Assembly: GCF_000737315.1 (NCBI RefSeq)
Contig: NZ_JMCB01000002.1
Span: 268,001-516,000 of the forward strand
Direction: 5' to 3'
Source of the DNA: Hyalangium minutum
Lineage (GTDB): Bacteria > Myxococcota > Myxococcia > Myxococcales > Myxococcaceae
Length of the DNA: 248,000 nucleotides
This document shows, one piece after another, positions 229,788 through 240,263 of the stretch. Made by a program: the position numbers and the translations under genes. The first letter of the stretch is position 1; each line of letters starts with the position of its first letter. Below the pieces are notes generated by a model that ran no database searches, had not been told where the DNA came from, and worked only from the letters and a program-made list of their open reading frames with translations.

Positions 229788-229954
229788 CGGATTGCGCCTC
229801 CTGCCTACTGAAGTAGCCCGAGATAATCCTGCGTAAGACGCGCGGTTATTGCAATCGACTGCCAGATCCTGAAATAAGGATCGTGTTCGCGATCCGGTAT
229901 TTCAACCTGCTTCCATAGCGGATTGCTCAGGGGCCGTGGATTTCGAGAGGCATA

Positions 229955-230150
229955 CGCCGCCGTTTCCACCATGGCGGAATCGATGGCGCCGAGCGGCCCT
230001 CCCGGGCGCAGCAACTTCAAGCCCCGCTCGACAAGAGCCGCGCAGACGCCGTCTTCGTGCGCGGGTGCGAGCGCTCGAACGCCTGCTTGGCGGCAGTGCT
230101 GCCGGAACCAAAGAGGAGGGTTCATTAGCACCACGTCGTAGCGGTGCAAG
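229955..230150 (-). pseudogene. Frameshifted fragment of an N6-adenine DNA methyltransferase (PglX/Eco57I-like)
   Basis: YDVVLMNPP then, after frame changes, A.LVERGL.LL.PGG.LGAI. Confidence 0.6.
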
Positions 230151-230238
230151 GTGGTGGCTCTGCCTCGACGGCCTTCTGGGCGTACGCATCTAGCACTCGG
230201 AGGACATTGGCCTCGGCCTCCTCCCAGACGCGCCACTC

Positions 230239-231855
230239 CTAGGCTCGGCCCTGGCTCTTGCTCATGTGGATGCCAGTCGAGGAAGGGAGGGGCAGCAGTG
230301 GCGTCAGGAACTGCTCCAGCGACGCAACATTTCCAGGCCGCGAGGCGTGCCCCACGTAGCCGTCCGGGCGCACCAGGATGAGCGCCTCCGTGCCCGGCGC
230401 CACGTCGTAGGCCCGGTGCGCATGTCCACCCGCGTCGAGCATGAGCGCCCCCTCGTTCGGAGCCGCTTCGGCATCCGGGGCGCTCCCCTGTGCGCGGAGG
230501 GTGACAGTGCGCACGGTGTCGCCGAAGAGTGAGGAGGCCCACTCAGGTACGTCCGCGTGCCTCGGCCCGAAGGCCAGCAGCGTCCAGTGGGGACCCTGGA
230601 AGGCGTCGAAGAGCCGGCAGGGATTGCCGCGCGCATCCGTGCACGGCGCATCCGGGGCCCGGTCTCCCGCGCGCACGCGGGCCGTGTCGCCCGGCAGCTC
230701 GGGAGCGAGCGGACCGCCGCGATAGTTCAATTGCAGTTGCCGTTCCTCCGAGCCCCGCCTCAGGGACTTCAGCCGGCTCTGGCTCATGCCCTCATAGAGC
230801 TTCAGGGACAGGCCGAGCACGTTCGCGGCAATGGGCAGCCGCTCCGCCTCGTAGGTGTTGAGCAGGGCGGGGTCCGCGCCCTGGAGGACATGGCCCAGTT
230901 TCCAGCCCAGGTTGTAGGCGTCCTGCACGCCGGTGTTGAGCCCCTGTCCTCCGGCGGGAGGGTGGACGTGCGCGGCGTCTCCCGCGATGAAGACGCGGCC
231001 CACGCGGTAGCGGTTCACCATGCGCACGTTGGGGCGGTACACGGACAGCCAGCTCGCGTCGTGCAGGCGCAGCGTGCGGCCAGGTCGCGCCGCATCTTGG
231101 AAGTGTTGATTCAGGGCGGCCTCGGTGAGTTCCGGCACGGTGCCGCCGGGCTTCACCTGGAGGACGAGCTGGAAGCGGTCCGTGCCAGGCAGGGGACACA
231201 GCGCCACCATGCCGCCCTTCGCGAAGGGCCACACGTGCCAGCGGGTGCGGTCCAGGCCGTCCACGCACACGTCGCCCACTACCATGCGCTCCTCCTCGCG
231301 CGTCTCGCCGTGCAGGGGCAGGCCCAGCACCTTGCGCACGCGGCTGTGTCCGCCATCCGCGCCCACCAGGTACTCCGCGCGAACGGTCTCCAGGGTGCTG
231401 TCGCGGGTGAGGGTGGCGGTGACGCCCGCGTCATCCTGGGTGAACCCGGTGAGCGCGGTGCCGAACTCCACGGCATGACCGAGCGAGGCCAGCCGGTCGC
231501 GCAGGATTCCCTCGGTACGTGCCTGCGGTACGAGCCAGGGGTTGGGATGGGGCACATCGGGCGTCGCGGTGTGCTGGGCCATCATTGTCCAGCGGCCCAC
231601 GACGAAGCGCCGCCAGTGGAAGCGGAGCCGGGGATAGGCGGTGCCCGCGTCTAGCACGGCGTCGAGCACGCCCAGGTCGTCCAGGATCTCCAGCGTGCGC
231701 GGCTGGAGCCCCTTGCCCCGAGAGCCGGCGAAGGGACCTGGGGCCGCGTCCACGACGCGCACGCGGATACCCCGGCGCGCGAGGTCGCACGCGAGCGTCA
231801 GGCCGGTGGGACCGGCGCCGATGACGAGCGCCGGAAGGGGGAGGGCATGGGACAT
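230239..231855 (-). CDS. FAD-dependent monooxygenase
   Basis: GAGPTG, DG..S.VR, GDAAH...GGQG.N. Confidence 0.92.
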   Translation of the reverse strand: MSHALPLPALVIGAGPTGLTLACDLARRGIRVRVVDAAPGPFAGSRGKGLQPRTLEILDDLGVLDAVLDAGTAYPRLRFHWRRFVVGRWTMMAQHTATPDVPHPNPWLVPQARTEGILRDRLASLGHAVEFGTALTGFTQDDAGVTATLTRDSTLETVRAEYLVGADGGHSRVRKVLGLPLHGETREEERMVVGDVCVDGLDRTRWHVWPFAKGGMVALCPLPGTDRFQLVLQVKPGGTVPELTEAALNQHFQDAARPGRTLRLHDASWLSVYRPNVRMVNRYRVGRVFIAGDAAHVHPPAGGQGLNTGVQDAYNLGWKLGHVLQGADPALLNTYEAERLPIAANVLGLSLKLYEGMSQSRLKSLRRGSEERQLQLNYRGGPLAPELPGDTARVRAGDRAPDAPCTDARGNPCRLFDAFQGPHWTLLAFGPRHADVPEWASSLFGDTVRTVTLRAQGSAPDAEAAPNEGALMLDAGGHAHRAYDVAPGTEALILVRPDGYVGHASRPGNVASLEQFLTPLLPLPSSTGIHMSKSQGRA

Positions 231856-231959
231856 GGCGGTCTCCTGTCGCGGGGCGTTGGCGGCCCGGGAGCGACGGAG
231901 ACAAGAATGTAAGGAAGTGCTTATGTTGTCAGCTTGCGTTCCTGCCCCAGGAGTTCAGC

Positions 231960-232556
231960 ATGCCGCGCGCGAAGCTTTCCCCTCGGAAAATGCCCTCGCA
232001 GGAGCGCTCGCGCGCGACGGTGGATGCGCTGGTGCAGGCGACTGCTGACATTCTCGTGCGCGACGGTTACGCGAAGCTGACGACGAACCGCATCGCGGAG
232101 CGGGCGGGCGTCAACGTGGCGTCGCTGTACCAGTTCTTCCCCGGCAAGGAAGCGCTGGTGGCGGAGGTGTCCCGCCGGCACGTGAAGGAGCAGCGCGAGG
232201 CCGCGCGGAAGGTGCTGGAGACCCGGACGTTCGACAGCCTGGAGGACCTCATCCGGACGCTGGTGGGGATGGGCTTCGCCGCGCACGCGGTGAACCCGAA
232301 GCTGCACCATGCCTTGACGGAGGAACTGCCCGCGCGTCGCGCCCGGAAGGTGGACCCGGAGGACGCGCTCCTGCTGGAGACCTTCCGCCGGTTCCGAGCC
232401 GACGTGCCGGACCCGGAATTGGCTCTGTGGCTCATCGACACGGTGTCCCACGCGGTCATCCACCGCGCGGTGGTGGAGCGCCCCGAGTCCCTGTCCCAGA
232501 GGCTCCTCCAGGAGGAACTGGTGACGCTCCTCCTGCGCTATGTGAAACGGAAGTAA
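231960..232556 (+). CDS. TetR family regulator
   Basis: Q.RS..TV, TTN.IA..AGV, SLYQ.FP.K. Confidence 0.92.
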   Translation: MPRAKLSPRKMPSQERSRATVDALVQATADILVRDGYAKLTTNRIAERAGVNVASLYQFFPGKEALVAEVSRRHVKEQREAARKVLETRTFDSLEDLIRTLVGMGFAAHAVNPKLHHALTEELPARRARKVDPEDALLLETFRRFRADVPDPELALWLIDTVSHAVIHRAVVERPESLSQRLLQEELVTLLLRYVKRK

Positions 232557-232904
232557 CCTGCGGTCCGATATGGCGCGAAATGACGAGGCATCCGTTCGGC
232601 TCGTGACCAACGAGAGCTATCTCGACGCAGCGCTGGCGCTCGTCGCGAAGGCCCGCCGTTCCATCGAGGCGAGCCTCTTGATCGACGATCGCAAGGTGGC
232701 CGCGGAGTTCACGCGAACCCGATCATGAGGCGTCCGCGAGCACCCGTGCCCGCTGCGCCAACACCTGGAGCACCTGTCTGTTCGTGGGGTGTGCTCTCGT
232801 GCCCATTCGGTGCTTTGACCAACGGTCACGCCGAAAACGGGTTGACCCTGCGGCATGCTTTTCGGAGCATGCGGACGGGGCCGGCTCGATTGGAGAGAAC
232901 ATCC

Positions 232905-233627
232905 ATGAAGCGTTCGTACCGTTTGGTCTTCGTCCTGCCCGTGCTCCTGGCCGTGGTGACTGCCTGCGAGCCTGAGCCCGGTCCCGCTCCCGCTCCTGTG
233001 CCCAATCCGGGCAATACCAACCCGGATCCGTCCACGGGCACCCCGCAGACCCGGACTTCTCCCTTCTCCCTCACGTCCTCGGCTCGGGATCCCGACACCA
233101 GCACGCCAGCGCCAGAGGAACCTGTGGACTGCACGGTCAATGGGTTGCTCAACACCAGTTCCGCGCTGGGCACCCTGGACTTCCGCTACGACGCCTTCGT
233201 TCTCACTGCTCAGAAGACCGGAAGGGTCGTCATCCAGGGCGATGTGCTCTCGGTCAACCCGAATGGCTACAAGTATGGCTACGCGTATCCGCTCAGCATG
233301 GCGACCATCGAGGACGGCGTCACCTTTACCGCCACTGGCGGCACCTTCTACCAAAACGCGCTCGAGACCGGGACGGCCATCACGGACTACCCGGTCATGG
233401 CAGGACGCCAGTACGTCCTCGTGTACAAGACCTTCGGCTCCTTCACGCCGCAGACGTACTGCCTCAAGCTGCCCTCCACGCTGAAGGTGGAAGGCCGCAT
233501 CTACACGCCGCCCACTCCGGTTCCCATTCCCGCGGACAGCGCGGGCCTCATCACCCTGGAGAACCCGCGCCCCGATGTGCTGGGCCGCGTTGTGCCCTGG
233601 CTGAATGAGCGGGTGAAGAGCAACTAG
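232905..233627 (+). CDS. Lipoprotein, hypothetical
   Basis: Lipobox VTAC; Pro-rich linker. Confidence 0.65.
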   Translation: MKRSYRLVFVLPVLLAVVTACEPEPGPAPAPVPNPGNTNPDPSTGTPQTRTSPFSLTSSARDPDTSTPAPEEPVDCTVNGLLNTSSALGTLDFRYDAFVLTAQKTGRVVIQGDVLSVNPNGYKYGYAYPLSMATIEDGVTFTATGGTFYQNALETGTAITDYPVMAGRQYVLVYKTFGSFTPQTYCLKLPSTLKVEGRIYTPPTPVPIPADSAGLITLENPRPDVLGRVVPWLNERVKSN

Positions 233628-233644
233628 CGCTCCCGCGGCCGGGG

Positions 233645-235552
233645 CTACGGGCCCGTGTAGATGCCGATGGAGCCGGGTGTGGTGGCGTCGCCCTGGAACG
233701 CGACGAGGATTCGCCGCGTGCTCCCTGAGCGGTCCACCTGAATGTCCGGCACGCGGAGGCCGAGGACCTCGTTGGGAAGCAGACCGCTGGCGTGCCACTC
233801 CACCGTGTTGCCGCGCACACGGCTCAGGCCGCCGCCCTGGGCCGTGCCCGCCCACACGCTGTTGTCGAGCGGATCCACCGCCACGGACGCCACGTTCCCG
233901 CGTCCATCCGCGAGCTCCGTCGAGAGCGTGCGCAGCACCTGGCCGCTGGGGCTGAGCTGGGCCAGACCCCGGAGGAAGCTCCCCACCCAGACGGTCTCGT
234001 CGCTCATCACCGCCATGCCGGACACCGTGTCATCCACGCGCTGCTCGCGGGTGGGCCAGGTGGGCTCGGCCACGGCGTCGGGCCAGATGTCGATGCGGTT
234101 CCACGTGTACTCGCTGCCCTCGCTCTCCACCTGGGCCTGCCAGTAGTCGTGGCCGTGGGTGCCGTACCGGAACCGGGTGGAGCGGTTGGCGCCGCCGAAC
234201 CATACGTCCCCGTTCGCGGCCACCGACACGCCGTAGTACGCGTCGGTGAGGAGCACGACGTTGCTCTGGTCGTGGTTCCACGCGTTGATGGCTGGGTGCA
234301 CGTGCTCCATCACCCCGGCGCAGCCATAGTTCCAGGTGCCTGGCGCGCAGCTGTAGCCGGGGAAGTCCGCGCTGCCCCACCCAAAGCCGTGGTTGGCTCC
234401 GAACCAGACGCTGTTTGTCTGGGCGTCGTACACGATGCGCCAGATGCTGCAGAGCTTCTCCCGGCCGCGCGGCTCGTTGGGCACCCAGTTGGGACCCGTG
234501 GACACGTCATAGTGCGCCACCTGGATGCCCGTGGCCGTGAGCGTCACCCGATCCGCATCTCCGCTCTTGTAGATGCTCGCGTCCGGGATGCGGCCTGCGT
234601 CGTAGCCCTGGTCCCACTCGTTCTCGCAGGTGGGCATCCCCGGGGCGGGTGGCTTGCCCTCGTAGCCCACGAAGACGGTCCCTGCTGGGCCTCCGGCCAC
234701 GGAGATGACCTTCAGGTACGGCGCGCCCGGAGGCGCGCCCCCGTCAGACATGTAGCCGTAGGGCCTCAGACCGTCCTCCATCGTGAAGCGGCGGAACTGC
234801 GTCTGGCCCAGCTCGAGCACGTAGAGCCCGTCTTCACCGCCCGCGACCCAGATGTTGCCGCCCGCGTCGGTGCTCACCCCGTACACGTACCGAGGCCCGC
234901 CCTGGGCCATGCCATAGAAGGTCCAGTCCGCGCTGGAGGGCGGCGGGGGCGTGGGCGTGCTCGCCTCCGTGGTCACCACGAGCTGGGGCCGCATGGCCGC
235001 TACGGAGGTGTTGCGCGAGTAGAACACGGTGCCATCGATGCCGGTGGGCAGCACCGCGAAGCTCACCGTGCCGTTGCCCTGCACCGCAGCCGTCACCTCC
235101 CACTCCACCCAGGTGTTCGCCGCCACCGCTCCCGTGCTCGCCACGAAGGCCTGCGGCGAGGGCCTCGACTGGAACGTCACCATGCCCTCTTGCCACTCCG
235201 GGTCCGTGGTGTGGACGGAGGGCCCGTTCACGGTGGCATCCGTCGCGTACAGGCGGAGCTTCGCCCGAATCACGTTGCCACTCAGTCCGTTCACGTCGAA
235301 GCGCAGGAAGGTCTCGTACTGCGGATCCCCATCCACGCGCAGCGTGCTGGAACTCCCAAAGTTCTGGGTGGGCGACGGGGCTTCCACCCGCGTGTCCGCG
235401 ACGGCTGGGAACGTCCGTGACTCCTCCAGCACCGGCTGCTCCTGTGTGAGGAGGGGAGCTGGAGCCTCCAGGCGGCCCTCCGCGCAGTGCACGAACACAC
235501 CTACCGCAGCGACACTTACCGCCCACCTGACTCCCCGTTCCCACCTACCCAA
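233645..235552 (-). CDS. DNRLRE/CBM96-like plus beta-propeller exported protein
   Basis: ADT.V..NFG, FLRFDV, LRL; D.GGN.WVAG. Confidence 0.75.
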   Translation of the reverse strand: MGRWERGVRWAVSVAAVGVFVHCAEGRLEAPAPLLTQEQPVLEESRTFPAVADTRVEAPSPTQNFGSSSTLRVDGDPQYETFLRFDVNGLSGNVIRAKLRLYATDATVNGPSVHTTDPEWQEGMVTFQSRPSPQAFVASTGAVAANTWVEWEVTAAVQGNGTVSFAVLPTGIDGTVFYSRNTSVAAMRPQLVVTTEASTPTPPPPSSADWTFYGMAQGGPRYVYGVSTDAGGNIWVAGGEDGLYVLELGQTQFRRFTMEDGLRPYGYMSDGGAPPGAPYLKVISVAGGPAGTVFVGYEGKPPAPGMPTCENEWDQGYDAGRIPDASIYKSGDADRVTLTATGIQVAHYDVSTGPNWVPNEPRGREKLCSIWRIVYDAQTNSVWFGANHGFGWGSADFPGYSCAPGTWNYGCAGVMEHVHPAINAWNHDQSNVVLLTDAYYGVSVAANGDVWFGGANRSTRFRYGTHGHDYWQAQVESEGSEYTWNRIDIWPDAVAEPTWPTREQRVDDTVSGMAVMSDETVWVGSFLRGLAQLSPSGQVLRTLSTELADGRGNVASVAVDPLDNSVWAGTAQGGGLSRVRGNTVEWHASGLLPNEVLGLRVPDIQVDRSGSTRRILVAFQGDATTPGSIGIYTGP

Positions 235553-235861
235553 GGCCTACCCCCTGTGTCCCAAGCAACGCGAGCTTGGGTGGAATAGGGC
235601 GCACCCCTTCACGCGGGGACTGCGTGATCAGGGATCTGGTCCAGCGATGGACATCCGCCAGCACGCGGAGCCGGGCGGACGTTGGGCAGGGGGCAGTGCG
235701 CTGCTTCGAGCGGAGCGGAGGTCCTACACTCACGTTGTGGGTGGGGCACTGCGTTGGGAGTACGCTGAGGGCAGTGGCTGATGTCGCGCGGCGTGCGGCC
235801 CGTGGGCTGACAGTGTGCCGAGCACCCTTCACGGCTGGGCTTCACCTGGCAGTGCGCCTGA

Positions 235862-238459
235862 TCAGGGGAGCTTCTGCTTCGTCGTGAGCACCGGGGCGAA
235901 CAGGTCTCCCACCGCGTCCAGCCGCTTGCGAACAGTTTGGATGTTGAAGCGGCTGGGATCCAGACGCCGGGTGACTTCGCTCCATTGGAGCGGCGCGGAG
236001 AACGAGGCCGCCTCCACCGCGCGCAGCGAGTAGGGCGCCACCACCGTCTTCCCCCGTCCGTTCTGGCCCGCGTCGAGGTAGAGCCGCCCTCCGCGCTTGT
236101 TGATGGCGCGCTCCGTGGTGGCGATGTCCTTCAGCTCCAGCGCCAGCTGGTTGGCGATGTCGTTCGCGAACCGCATGGCCTGCTCGTGGGTGTACCCGGC
236201 GCGCAGTGGGACGAGCACGTGGAGACCCCGCTTGCCGGACGTCTTCGGGAAGCTCTCCAGCCCCAGCGACTCCAGCTTCTTGCGCATCGCCGTGGCCACG
236301 CGGATGAGGTCCTCCCAGGTCCCCTTGCCTGGGTCCAGATCGAACAGCACCCAGTCCGGGCTCGTGAGCGTCGGCGCGTGGCTGGACCACATGTGCATCG
236401 TTAGCGCCGACTGGTTGGCCAGCCACAGGAGCGCGTCCGGTGTCTTCGCGTTCACGTGGTCGATCGTCCGGTTCAGGTGCTTCACGCGCAGGGTCGGCAC
236501 CCAGTCGGGCTTGCCGGACAGCTCGTGCTTGAAGAAGCCGGGCGCCAGGATGCCCGCAGGCCACTGCTGCACCGAGATGGGACGGTCCGCCAGCACTGGC
236601 AGCATCAGCGGCGCCACCTGGCGGTAGAACTCGAAGACGTCCTCCTTGGTGTACCCGCCCTTCGGGTACAGCACCCGGTCACCGCTCGTCAGCCGCGCCA
236701 GACTTGTCTTGGCCGGAGCGCCCTCCTGCCTCGGGAGCTTCGCGGTCCGGGCCGCCAGAGCGCCCGGCGCCCGGCGCGTACCCGTGTTCCGGGTGGCCGC
236801 GCGCTTCGTGGCTGTGCGCTTCGTCGCCGTGCGCTTCGTGGCCGCACGTGTGCGAGGCACGGGGGCGGTCTCCACCGGCTCGGGTTCGGCGGTTCGGGCC
236901 TTGCTCCGGGCCGTGGGGCTGGGCCGCTCGCGGATGACTTCTTCGGGCTTCTTGTCCGTGCGCAGACCCTGGAACACCGGGTGCCGCAGGCGGCCGTCGT
237001 CCGTCCACTCGGTGAAGTGGACCTGGGCCACATACTTGGGCCGCACCCAGACCGCACCTGGGCGCTTCTTCGCATCCACCGCCACGGGCTTGTCCACCCG
237101 GATCTTCTCCAGCAGCTCCCGCAGCTGGTGCCGCATCTTCGTGTCGAAGCCCGTGCCCACCTTGCCCACGTCGCGGTAGCCGTCCGGCCCGTTCACGCCC
237201 ACCAGCAGCGCGCCGATCTCCTTGGCCGAGTGCTCGTTCTTGATGGGCAGGAACCCGAGGATGACGACCTCCTGGCCAGCGATGACCTTGAGCTTCAGCC
237301 ACTGCCCCGAGCGCGAGCCCACGTACGCTGAGCCCTTCCGCTTGGCGATCAGCCCCTCCCAGCCGTGCCGCTGCGCCTCCTTCAGCGCGCGCTCCATCGG
237401 CATGTTCATCCGCTCGGCCAGCTGCAGCGGGGGCTTCACGCCCGAGAACAGGCTCTCCAGCAGCTCGCGCCGGGCCTCCAGCGGCTTGTCCCGCAGGTCA
237501 TGCCCGTCCAGCCACAGCAAGTCGAAGGCGACGAAGCGCAGTTCCCCGCCGCTCTGGTTCTGGAGCAGTTGGAAGCTGGAGCGCCCCTTCTTGTCCAGGG
237601 CGACCACCTCGCCATCAATCACCGCTTCCGGCACGCGCAGCCGCCGCAGCGCCTCCGCCACCGTGGGAAAGCGCCCGGACAGGTCATTGCCGTTGCGGCT
237701 CTTGAAGACGAGCCCACTGCCAGAGAGCGAGGCGATGGCGCGGAAGCCGTCGTACTTGATCTCGAAGACGTGCGTGGCGTCGCTGGCCTCCTCGGGAGTG
237801 GACAGCTTCGCGAGCATGGGCGGCCACACGCGCTGGAGGATCGTCTCCGCCGGAGGGTGCACCCGCTCCAGCGCGCTCTTGCGCACCGGGCCGCGCGTCT
237901 CGCGGCGGCCGGACTTCACGGACTCGGGGCGCTCGGCCACCACGTCGTAGTCCGGCTTCTCCTGGCCGTCGATCGACTTGAAGCACAGCCACTGGTTCTT
238001 CCGCCCATTCCCTCGCGTGCGGATGAGGTGCCAGCGGCCCTGCAGCTTGTCGCCGTGCAGGTCCACCACCAGGTGGCCCTTCTCGCGCTGCTCGTAGGCC
238101 TTGCCGGGTGGCACCGTCTCGTAGGTGCCTTCGTCCCAGAGCAGCGAGTCCCCGCCGCCATACTCCTCGTCTGGGATGCGGCCCTCGAAGCGGGCGTAGG
238201 ACATGGGGTGGTCCTCGGTCTCCACCGCCAGCCGCTTCTGCTTCGGGTCGTAGCTGGGACCCTTGGGAATCGCCCAGCTCGCCAGCGCGCCGTCGATCTC
238301 CAGGCGCAAGTCATAGTGCATCCGCGTGGCGTCGTGCTTGTGCACCACGAAGAGGGCCTCTGCGCCGCGCTTCTTCAGCGACACATCCGGCGAGGGCTCG
238401 GGCGTCTTCTGGAAGTCGCGCTTGGCGCGGTAGGTCTGGAGCGATCGTCTGGCTTTCAC
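235862..238459 (-). CDS. ligD: NHEJ DNA ligase D (phosphoesterase-ligase-polymerase)
   Basis: H.A.R.HYDLRLE, KYDG, EG..AK, FDLDPG, KTSG.RG.H. Confidence 0.93.
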   Translation of the reverse strand: MKARRSLQTYRAKRDFQKTPEPSPDVSLKKRGAEALFVVHKHDATRMHYDLRLEIDGALASWAIPKGPSYDPKQKRLAVETEDHPMSYARFEGRIPDEEYGGGDSLLWDEGTYETVPPGKAYEQREKGHLVVDLHGDKLQGRWHLIRTRGNGRKNQWLCFKSIDGQEKPDYDVVAERPESVKSGRRETRGPVRKSALERVHPPAETILQRVWPPMLAKLSTPEEASDATHVFEIKYDGFRAIASLSGSGLVFKSRNGNDLSGRFPTVAEALRRLRVPEAVIDGEVVALDKKGRSSFQLLQNQSGGELRFVAFDLLWLDGHDLRDKPLEARRELLESLFSGVKPPLQLAERMNMPMERALKEAQRHGWEGLIAKRKGSAYVGSRSGQWLKLKVIAGQEVVILGFLPIKNEHSAKEIGALLVGVNGPDGYRDVGKVGTGFDTKMRHQLRELLEKIRVDKPVAVDAKKRPGAVWVRPKYVAQVHFTEWTDDGRLRHPVFQGLRTDKKPEEVIRERPSPTARSKARTAEPEPVETAPVPRTRAATKRTATKRTATKRAATRNTGTRRAPGALAARTAKLPRQEGAPAKTSLARLTSGDRVLYPKGGYTKEDVFEFYRQVAPLMLPVLADRPISVQQWPAGILAPGFFKHELSGKPDWVPTLRVKHLNRTIDHVNAKTPDALLWLANQSALTMHMWSSHAPTLTSPDWVLFDLDPGKGTWEDLIRVATAMRKKLESLGLESFPKTSGKRGLHVLVPLRAGYTHEQAMRFANDIANQLALELKDIATTERAINKRGGRLYLDAGQNGRGKTVVAPYSLRAVEAASFSAPLQWSEVTRRLDPSRFNIQTVRKRLDAVGDLFAPVLTTKQKLP

Positions 238460-238821
238460 CCCTCAAGACTCCGCATTGCCCCAGCAGCGTGCAATTCGAG
238501 CAGACGAGGGAGAACTCCAGCCGGAAGACACCAGGCGCCCCAGGCCCCCGCCTCACGGCCGGAGGGTTGTTCAACCGACCGGTCCGACTCAGAACCCGGG
238601 CCTTGGGGCGCTCCACCGTCCCCCGTGGGCGCGCTCATTCCCCGTGAGGGGCACGAGCACACCACGCGTCGAAGCACTCAGAAGTGCTCCGCACCACAAT
238701 GTGAAGATAAAGGCCTCGGAACATGCCGCCAGCGGACTTGACTGGCTCGCCCGGTCACCGCCCGGAGGAGCACCTCGGCCTGCGAGAGGCCATGCACATC
238801 CTTGAGAGCACGGAGGACTTC

Positions 238822-239133
238822 ATGACCGAGGTCATCGGGTGGTTCAGCTCTTTCGTTCTCGTGCTGACCATTGGGAAGCAGGTGCACAAGCAGTGGAAGT
238901 CGGGCTCCAGCGAGGGCGTGTCCAAGTGGCTCTTCGTCGGGCAGATCACCGCGTCTATCGGCTTTACGCTCTACAGCGTCCTGGTGCGCAACTGGGTGTT
239001 CGTGGTGACCAACGCCCTGCTGCTGCTGAGCGCCATCATGGGCGGCGTCATCGTGATGAAGCACCGGCGCGCCGAGCGGCGAGGCATGCGCCCCGCCGGG
239101 CCGTCCCGGCCCACACGGACCGTGCGGGCCTGA
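238822..239133 (+). CDS. SemiSWEET/PQ-loop-like membrane protein
   Basis: Three TM helices; Q..K...S.GVS. Confidence 0.7.
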   Translation: MTEVIGWFSSFVLVLTIGKQVHKQWKSGSSEGVSKWLFVGQITASIGFTLYSVLVRNWVFVVTNALLLLSAIMGGVIVMKHRRAERRGMRPAGPSRPTRTVRA

Positions 239134-239212
239134 GCCGCTCCTCGCTCGAGCGCCGTCAACTCGGGCCCCGCCCTTCTGCCGAGCTGGAAAGGCGGGGCGA
239201 GCGGGAGCCTGC

Positions 239213-239521
239213 TCAGATGAGCGGGCGCGGCTGACGGCTCATCTCCTCCGGGCCCTTCAGGATGGAGGCATGGCCGCCGTGCTGCAGGCGCTGCTCCTCG
239301 TCGTAGGGCGCGGAGAACGTCTTCACCAGCTTGTTGTAGGTGCCCAGGATGAGGATGGTCGGCGCCCACTGGCCCACGAAGTTGGCCCACGTCTTGCGGT
239401 TGAGCAGCATCAGGGTGGCGCTCACCGCCATCGCTCCAAGGGCCAACCCGAGGAAGCCCACGGAGGGAACGCGCTTGGTCATCTGCTCGATGCTCGAAGT
239501 CGCTACGTCTTCGTTCTTCAT
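239213..239521 (-). CDS. Small membrane protein
   Basis: FVGQWAP motif. Confidence 0.6.
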   Translation of the reverse strand: MKNEDVATSSIEQMTKRVPSVGFLGLALGAMAVSATLMLLNRKTWANFVGQWAPTILILGTYNKLVKTFSAPYDEEQRLQHGGHASILKGPEEMSRQPRPLI

Positions 239522-239675
239522 GTCCAGGGTCCTCCCGGAAAGGGTGTGCGGCAAAAGTGCGCATGACGCGATCGCTGTCATGCCCTGCCTGCCTGTCTGC
239601 TCCATGGGCGGCCCCGGGAGCCGGGTTGGCGCCCGTCTCCGGCCCAACCACATTGCCTGGGTTCTGCGAGGAGGC

Positions 239676-240167
239676 ATGGAGATGGCAGAGAAGTCCGAGG
239701 TGGCGAAGCTGCGCAGTCTGGCTCAGTTGGATGCGGATGCGGTGGGGGCCTACGACGCGGCCATTGCCCGGGTGAGCGAACCCCTGGTGCGCGAGCGGCT
239801 CAATGACTTCCGGGTGGATCACGTGCGGCACGTGCAAGACTTGAACGCGCTCATCCAGCGCTTGGGCGGTGAGGCGGTGGAGCTCAAGCCGGATCTCAAG
239901 GGTGCCGCGATGAAGGGGCTCACGGCGGTGACGAGCATGATGGGCACCGAGGCGGCCCTGGTGGCCATGTTGGGCAACGAGGAGTTCTCCAACCGGGCCT
240001 ATGAGCTGGCCCTCCAGTTCGACTGGAGCCCGGAAGTCCGCGCCCTCATCCAGAAGAACCGCGAGGATGAGTACCGGCACGTGACGTGGATCCGCGACGC
240101 GGTCCGCACCCGTCCTTGGCTCAAGGACGGTGCCCGCGCCGACGAAGGCACCGAAATCCAGGCCTGA
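239676..240167 (+). CDS. Ferritin-like (DUF2383) protein
   Basis: D.DA..AY, DH.RH, NEE, DE.RH. Confidence 0.82.
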   Translation: MEMAEKSEVAKLRSLAQLDADAVGAYDAAIARVSEPLVRERLNDFRVDHVRHVQDLNALIQRLGGEAVELKPDLKGAAMKGLTAVTSMMGTEAALVAMLGNEEFSNRAYELALQFDWSPEVRALIQKNREDEYRHVTWIRDAVRTRPWLKDGARADEGTEIQA

Positions 240168-240263
240168 GCGCCGGAAAAAAAGCAGGCCGCCCGATATGCC
240201 GGGCCCCGGTAGACGTTAAGCTCACGGGAATTTCCGTCCATTTTCCCAGGAGAGGGGCCTGGC

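Noticed and set aside
232600-232730. Possible PLD N-terminal fragment (YLDAALALVAKARRSIEAS)
   Set aside because: Too short to support without a search.
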